A stretch of 46,909 nucleotides of DNA from a virus (Duplodnaviria; Caudoviricetes): positions 1 to 46,909 of the IMG/VR virus record IMGVR_UViG_3300043220_000102; one strand, given 5' to 3'. Made by a program: the position numbers and the translations under genes. Under the pieces are notes generated by a model. The model saw only the letters and a list, made by a program, of their open reading frames with translations. It had not been told where the DNA came from and ran no database searches. This document shows positions 42,428 through 46,909 of the stretch, one piece after another. Each line of letters starts with the position of its first letter. Position 1 is the first letter of the stretch.

Positions 42428-44553
42428 CTATCTATCAGTACCTCTACCGCGTACTTGATCTCGCCGTGCTCTGCGGAGATGACGGCTTCGCGCACGTCCC
42501 GGATGTAGCCCGTGAAGGTGAAGTTGAAGCCAGGCTCCCTCACGGCCACGCCCTCCCCGCTCTTGAGTGCCCTCAGCTTGATCAGCGCATCCTTCACGCC
42601 CAGGTTGCCCGTCATGCCGTCTGGCGTCACGGGGATGGTGGCCTTATAGGTGTGAGGCGTCACGGCGCGGATGCCGAAGGCGCGGATGCGCGGGTCGGCA
42701 GTGTCTGGGCTGAAGGCTCCTGCCTGGTTCGTGTCGAACCGGATAGCAGCCATCACCTCGTAGCAGGTGTCGCGGTTGCTTGCCGCGGTACCTGCGGCGC
42801 CGCCACCAGCAGTCACGTTCACAGGGATGCTGAACGTGTTGGCGCTGATCCAGGTGACGACGTGCTCGCCGTTGATGTCGGGCACGGCATCGTGCCCTGC
42901 GATTGTCACGATGTCCCCGGACTGGAAGCCGTGGGCTGTCACGGTGAGCACCGTCGGGTTGGCCGTAGAGGACGAGGTGATAGCTGTGCTCTTGTTGTTC
43001 GGCGTGAACTCGAAGTGGCCTGGGCCGGAGTCGGAAGTGAGATCACTGCCGAGCTGGATCGAGCTCTGGATGCGGTCGCGGTGAATCCGAGCCTCGATGT
43101 CCACGTTCGCGTACTCGTTGTTGTCGATGTCCAGCCACATCATGCGGACGCGCTTCTGCTTCTCCGGCTCCCCGAAGTCGGTGCCGGGCATCCATATCTG
43201 GCCCTTCTCGTTATCGCCACCGCGCTCTGTTCCGCCAGCGCCATCAGTCGTGATCTTCCGCATAGACCCATCGAGTTCCAGATTGAAGATGGCGGCTCTG
43301 TCGTTGATATCCACCATCCACAAGATAGGGCGCACAGATGTCGCTGTAATCCCCATGCGCGCCGTCGCATCCCAGCTCGTTTCGGCGCCCGAGATGATGT
43401 TGGCCATCCACGTCACCGTGCCATCACTCTCTACCCAGCCAACGTGAAGACCCGTGTTGATATTGAGCGCATAGGCCCAGCGTCCCCAGGCAGCGAACCC
43501 AACCCAACCTGACATCAGTGAAGAGGTCAGGCTATCGAGAGAGATTGGCGTAAAGTTGGCTGGCGCTTCGGGCCCGATCGGCAGGGCACTGTCCCCCCAG
43601 ATACGCCACAGGCCGGTGCTGTGCGCCCAGTAGGCGTAGGGGCCAAAGACGCCGCTGTTCGCGCCATCATTACTTGTGAAGTTCGTGAGCACGCCGCCCG
43701 TTGCGCCGACGAACTCCATCACCTTCTTCGACTGGCCCTGGCTATCGAACCGATACGGGGCGTCGGGCTTAGAGATGAAAAGCTCGCCGGAGAGGTTGAG
43801 CATATCCGTGATGGCGAAACTAGAATCGCCCACCTCAAAGTCGCCAGCAAATGCCGCGCCGTCGGAGGAAGCATCAATCAGGTTGGTCGTGTGAGCGCGC
43901 CAGATTTGGGCAACGCTCTCGTTCATCATGGCGGCGAAGTGCAGAGCGGTTTCCCCGACATCAGCCCAGGTGTCGTTCACCTGGTCACCCGCGCCCACGA
44001 CAGTGAGCTTGCGAGCGTTAACACCAGAGCCGAGAGGCACGTACCAAGTCCCCTTGAACCTCACTGGCCTCCCAGCTTCCCCGCCCGAAAACCCTGCGGG
44101 CTGCGTAGTCGCTTCCAGGGCGGGAGTGCCAGCTCCATTATCCCCGAGATCAATCTTGTACGAACGAGCGCCGATGACGATGTAGAGATACTCCCTGCCG
44201 CCGGCGTCCTCTTCCATAAAGCCGTAGGCGGGCTTGGTCGTGTCCGAACTTGTGAGCGTGAGAATCGTCTGATCCCGTTCGCCCTTCCGCATCCGCAGGT
44301 AGGGGAAGGTGGTGGGGTCAAGGTTGACGCAGTTGTAGATTTGGTTCGGGGCGCGGGCCTGCCTCTCGCTGAAGACGCCCATGCCGCCGTTGAAGCCCGA
44401 GTCGTACCGCCGCTCTAGTACGCGGGCGCCGCTCTGTGTCTGCCAGCGCTCGCAGGGGTACTCGATGTCGTCAATGGCGATGCGGAAGGGTGCCGGCGGG
44501 CCGGCGGCGGAGTCCTCTACGTCGTCCTCGGGGGCGAGTGGTTCCTGAACCAC
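42415..44553 (-). CDS. Tail nozzle/stabilisation-type protein with FCCH-like insertion
   Basis: 712 aa, beta-propeller-like, after the adaptor; TDFGEPEKQKRVR motif; ITSSSTANPTVLTVTAHGFQSGDIVTI insert. Confidence 0.65.
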   Translation of the reverse strand: MVQEPLAPEDDVEDSAAGPPAPFRIAIDDIEYPCERWQTQSGARVLERRYDSGFNGGMGVFSERQARAPNQIYNCVNLDPTTFPYLRMRKGERDQTILTLTSSDTTKPAYGFMEEDAGGREYLYIVIGARSYKIDLGDNGAGTPALEATTQPAGFSGGEAGRPVRFKGTWYVPLGSGVNARKLTVVGAGDQVNDTWADVGETALHFAAMMNESVAQIWRAHTTNLIDASSDGAAFAGDFEVGDSSFAITDMLNLSGELFISKPDAPYRFDSQGQSKKVMEFVGATGGVLTNFTSNDGANSGVFGPYAYWAHSTGLWRIWGDSALPIGPEAPANFTPISLDSLTSSLMSGWVGFAAWGRWAYALNINTGLHVGWVESDGTVTWMANIISGAETSWDATARMGITATSVRPILWMVDINDRAAIFNLELDGSMRKITTDGAGGTERGGDNEKGQIWMPGTDFGEPEKQKRVRMMWLDIDNNEYANVDIEARIHRDRIQSSIQLGSDLTSDSGPGHFEFTPNNKSTAITSSSTANPTVLTVTAHGFQSGDIVTIAGHDAVPDINGEHVVTWISANTFSIPVNVTAGGGAAGTAASNRDTCYEVMAAIRFDTNQAGAFSPDTADPRIRAFGIRAVTPHTYKATIPVTPDGMTGNLGVKDALIKLRALKSGEGVAVREPGFNFTFTGYIRDVREAVISAEHGEIKYAVEVLIDRWVI

Positions 44554-44557
44554 ACTA

Positions 44558-46090
44558 TCACACCGTGACCGGAGGGTTCGGCTCGATGCGTATGGTGCTC
44601 GGATTGTAGCCCAGCACTTCAGCCCGGCCCTTCGCCCGCCGTTCCCACTTGCGAGCAGTGGCGTCCTCCCAACGATCTAGGATTCTGGCCACCACTCTGT
44701 CTCGCATGAACTGACGGTCGGCGGGCGTGGTAGCGGCGTTGGTGAGGAGGTCGTCGAACTGCCGCATGGCCACCAGGTACACAGGCCGGTTGTCGGCCGG
44801 TATCATCCCGCCCAGCTTCACCTGATGGACGCCTCGGGCATCGAGGACGCTCCCAGGCGCGTGGTCAGCGCGAGGCTGAACCCCAAGAGGGATGAACATA
44901 TGGCCAGGGCTCGCGCCCGCCCCGGAGGCTGGTCCCGCGTCGAGGTAGCGGAAGCCGCCCACCTGCCCCGGATAGGTGAGCCACGAGGGCATGTCGTAGC
45001 TGCGCTGCCTTGTCGATTGTACGATGATGGGCGCGCTCACGTAGAAGTCGTCGTCGAGTGCGTTAGAGGCGAATTGCAGGTAGCACTGCTCAACGCCCGA
45101 ACCGACAGCTTGGGCGAAGCGCACCTCAGTCCAGGCGGGTTCGTCCGGGATAACAGTCTTCAGCACAGCATCCCCTGCGGCGTTGACAAGGGTTACATCC
45201 ATGTCGCCTGAATTGACCCAGACGAAGACGGAGACAAGCAGGGTCTCCGTGTCGGTGACAGAGAAGTTGGCTGTCTTAAAGCCCTCGTCAGCCGCGTCGG
45301 CGATGATGTGGACTGCCCGCTCCCCCATGAATACGCCGCTAGAGGCCGTGACGTATTCCTCTGTGCTGGGGGTGCCCACCCTGACGACGGAAGCCCCAAC
45401 GAGCGCCGCGACGTAGTTTGGGTAAAGCGTCAGATCGGGGTCAGCTACAAGCGACGGGAAGTGGACATGCGGCCCCACCGTCTCTCGCAGCACATCCGAA
45501 ATCGCCTGGCTGAGTAGCTCAGGGCTCAGCCCCAGCGGGTACATCAAGTACCTCGTCGCTATCGCCGGTGTCGTCGAAACAGCAGGAGAGAACGTCAGTG
45601 TCGAGCCGCCCGTGAAGCCTGCATCATCAACAGCCGCAATTTCAACCACGCTGAGGGTGACGCTTGCCCCTGCGGCCTCGGTGGTCAGAACGCCCGGCGA
45701 TAGCGTGAGCGTGCCCGCCGCAGAGGCCGTGACAAGGTACTCGCCATCATTGAGCCCGCTACCAGACACACTGACGATCGCGCCTGCAAGAATCCCAGCG
45801 AGCCCGGTGCCTGTGTCGGTGATCGTATCATCGCCAGCCCCGCCATCCACGAACGCGATGCCGGTGCCAGGGCCAACGGTAAGGATCGGCACCAGGAGCT
45901 CGATGTCCCGCCCATCGTAGCGGTTGGCCTGGGTCGTACCGCGCCCGAGCTTGGTATCGACGAGCGTGGTCGTGCTGCCGCCGCCCGTGGTTCGTAGCGG
46001 CACGGGCAACTTCGCCAGTGCCTCGTCCCTCGGGGCGAGCGCCCCGATCACGTCCTGCTTGATGGTTTCACGGCTCGTCAGAATGGGCAT
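44558..46090 (-). CDS. Head-tail adaptor-like protein with inserted beta domains
   Basis: TSRETIKQDV...GSTTTLVDT N-terminus; ELLSQAISDVL helix; CBM-like middle. Confidence 0.55.
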   Translation of the reverse strand: MPILTSRETIKQDVIGALAPRDEALAKLPVPLRTTGGGSTTTLVDTKLGRGTTQANRYDGRDIELLVPILTVGPGTGIAFVDGGAGDDTITDTGTGLAGILAGAIVSVSGSGLNDGEYLVTASAAGTLTLSPGVLTTEAAGASVTLSVVEIAAVDDAGFTGGSTLTFSPAVSTTPAIATRYLMYPLGLSPELLSQAISDVLRETVGPHVHFPSLVADPDLTLYPNYVAALVGASVVRVGTPSTEEYVTASSGVFMGERAVHIIADAADEGFKTANFSVTDTETLLVSVFVWVNSGDMDVTLVNAAGDAVLKTVIPDEPAWTEVRFAQAVGSGVEQCYLQFASNALDDDFYVSAPIIVQSTRQRSYDMPSWLTYPGQVGGFRYLDAGPASGAGASPGHMFIPLGVQPRADHAPGSVLDARGVHQVKLGGMIPADNRPVYLVAMRQFDDLLTNAATTPADRQFMRDRVVARILDRWEDATARKWERRAKGRAEVLGYNPSTIRIEPNPPVTV

Positions 46091-46092
46091 CG

Positions 46093-46266
46093 CTACCTGC
46101 GCCTTAGACCTTTACGCAGTGGGCGTGGACGCGGAGCGCCCGGCCTGGGCGGCCTCGTTGTCCGCACCCTGCCCGGCGTGGTGATCGCGCCGAAGCCGCG
46201 TGTCGGGCGACGGCCGACCCCGCGAACCGGCCTTCGCACTCTACTGCTTGCAGCTCTGTGTGGCAT
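46093..46266 (-). CDS. 57-aa Arg/Pro-rich basic protein
   Basis: AGGAG RBS; MPHRAASSRVRRPVRGVGRRP...LRRR; no acidic residues. Confidence 0.6.
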   Translation of the reverse strand: MPHRAASSRVRRPVRGVGRRPTRGFGAITTPGRVRTTRPPRPGAPRPRPLRKGLRRR

Positions 46267-46275
46267 GGCGATCTC

Positions 46276-46557
46276 CTAGGCTCCGTTGTCGGGCGGGTGG
46301 CGCCGCGCCTGCCTGTTGGGCACGAGCAGGGTCGGCGCCTGGCCCTGCGCCGGGCGCTCCGGCTCTACAATCACCACGGGCTGCGGTGTGCCTGGCGGGA
46401 AGGTGCCGTAGAAGGTGCATTCGGCCATTGGATACCAATGCAGCGACTTGTCCTCGCCGACGAGCAACAGGCGGTCGCCGGCAGGGTCCACCGCCAGCAC
46501 CCACTTGCCCTTGCCTTCCTCCGTAAGCCCCTTTACCTCGACCAAAAATGGCATCAT
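46276..46557 (-). CDS. Hypothetical protein, 93 aa
   Basis: AGGAGG RBS; NRQARR motif. Confidence 0.7.
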   Translation of the reverse strand: MMPFLVEVKGLTEEGKGKWVLAVDPAGDRLLLVGEDKSLHWYPMAECTFYGTFPPGTPQPVVIVEPERPAQGQAPTLLVPNRQARRHPPDNGA

Positions 46558-46570
46558 TGGCCCGTTCCTC

Positions 46571-46909
46571 CTACTCGTAATACACTCTCGCCCACGCCAT
46601 CTTTAGGAAATTGGAGCCACCGCCGACGACGCCGATCCCGAAGTTGACAGGGAACTCGTCTGCTTCCAGCGCCAAGAGCGATGTCGCATCGTTCTGGGGC
46701 GTCCCGTCCACAAACCACTGCACCCCAGACGACGTGATCTTGATCTTCCAGTGGTGCCAGTCGGTGTCGTCAACCGGCCCGGCCCCACTCGTGGCCGCAC
46801 CGCTCCTCAGCTTGAAGTTGGTGCCATCTGAGTGGATGACGGCGAGTGCATCGTTGGCGGTGACGATGGAGCCGCCGCCCTCAACAAAGCCGAAGCCTGA
46901 CGCCGTTTC
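46571..46909 (-). CDS. 3' part of the junction-spanning 249-aa protein
   Basis: In frame with 1-538; ends KMAWARVYYE*. Confidence 0.8.
   Translation of the reverse strand, partial: ETASGFGFVEGGGSIVTANDALAVIHSDGTNFKLRSGAATSGAGPVDDTDWHHWKIKITSSGVQWFVDGTPQNDATSLLALEADEFPVNFGIGVVGGGSNFLKMAWARVYYE
46783..46909. repeat. 127-bp exact terminal direct repeat (copy 2)
   Basis: Identical to 1-127. Confidence 0.95.

Noticed and set aside
46783-46909. Biological terminal repeat
   Set aside because: 127 bp equals a common assembler k-mer and the repeat falls mid-gene, so it is best read as a circular overlap artefact.
1-46909. Stop-codon reassignment
   Set aside because: TAG, TGA and TAA all end well-formed genes, and core genes are uninterrupted in the standard code.

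Overview
The window looks like a complete, circularly assembled, GC-rich tailed-phage genome of about 46,782 bp. Bases 1-127 are repeated exactly at 46783-46909, and one gene reads across that junction. Nearly all genes are on the minus strand. The virion module reads: TerS-like gene, several small ORFs, TerL, portal, a 504-aa and a 1737-aa putative internal/ejection protein, scaffold, major capsid, decoration/lectin-like proteins, adaptor, nozzle-like protein and fibres/spikes. There is no tape measure, tube or sheath, so a short-tailed (podo-like) virion is inferred. A lysis block follows, with three small membrane proteins and an amidase. About 12 kb of small translationally coupled accessory genes (SSB-like, HNH-like, SLT, ASCH, Gp37/Gp68, RusA, MazG-like, many Cys-rich microproteins) and a 2-kb plus-strand island complete the genome. 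I recognise no DNA polymerase, primase, helicase, integrase or partition gene. The most unusual observations are: (1) four in-frame, DNA-conserved ~20-bp repeats that cut the giant internal protein into domain cassettes, two of them GNAT-like; (2) small genes bracketed by direct repeats covering stop/RBS/start; (3) several heavily structured non-coding regions (32450-32910, 23330-23700, 19270-19350 and the scaffold leader); (4) a CTG-initiated transglycosylase with a nested membrane-protein gene; (5) promoters implying leaderless mRNAs. All assignments come from reading motifs and gene order by eye; no database search was run.
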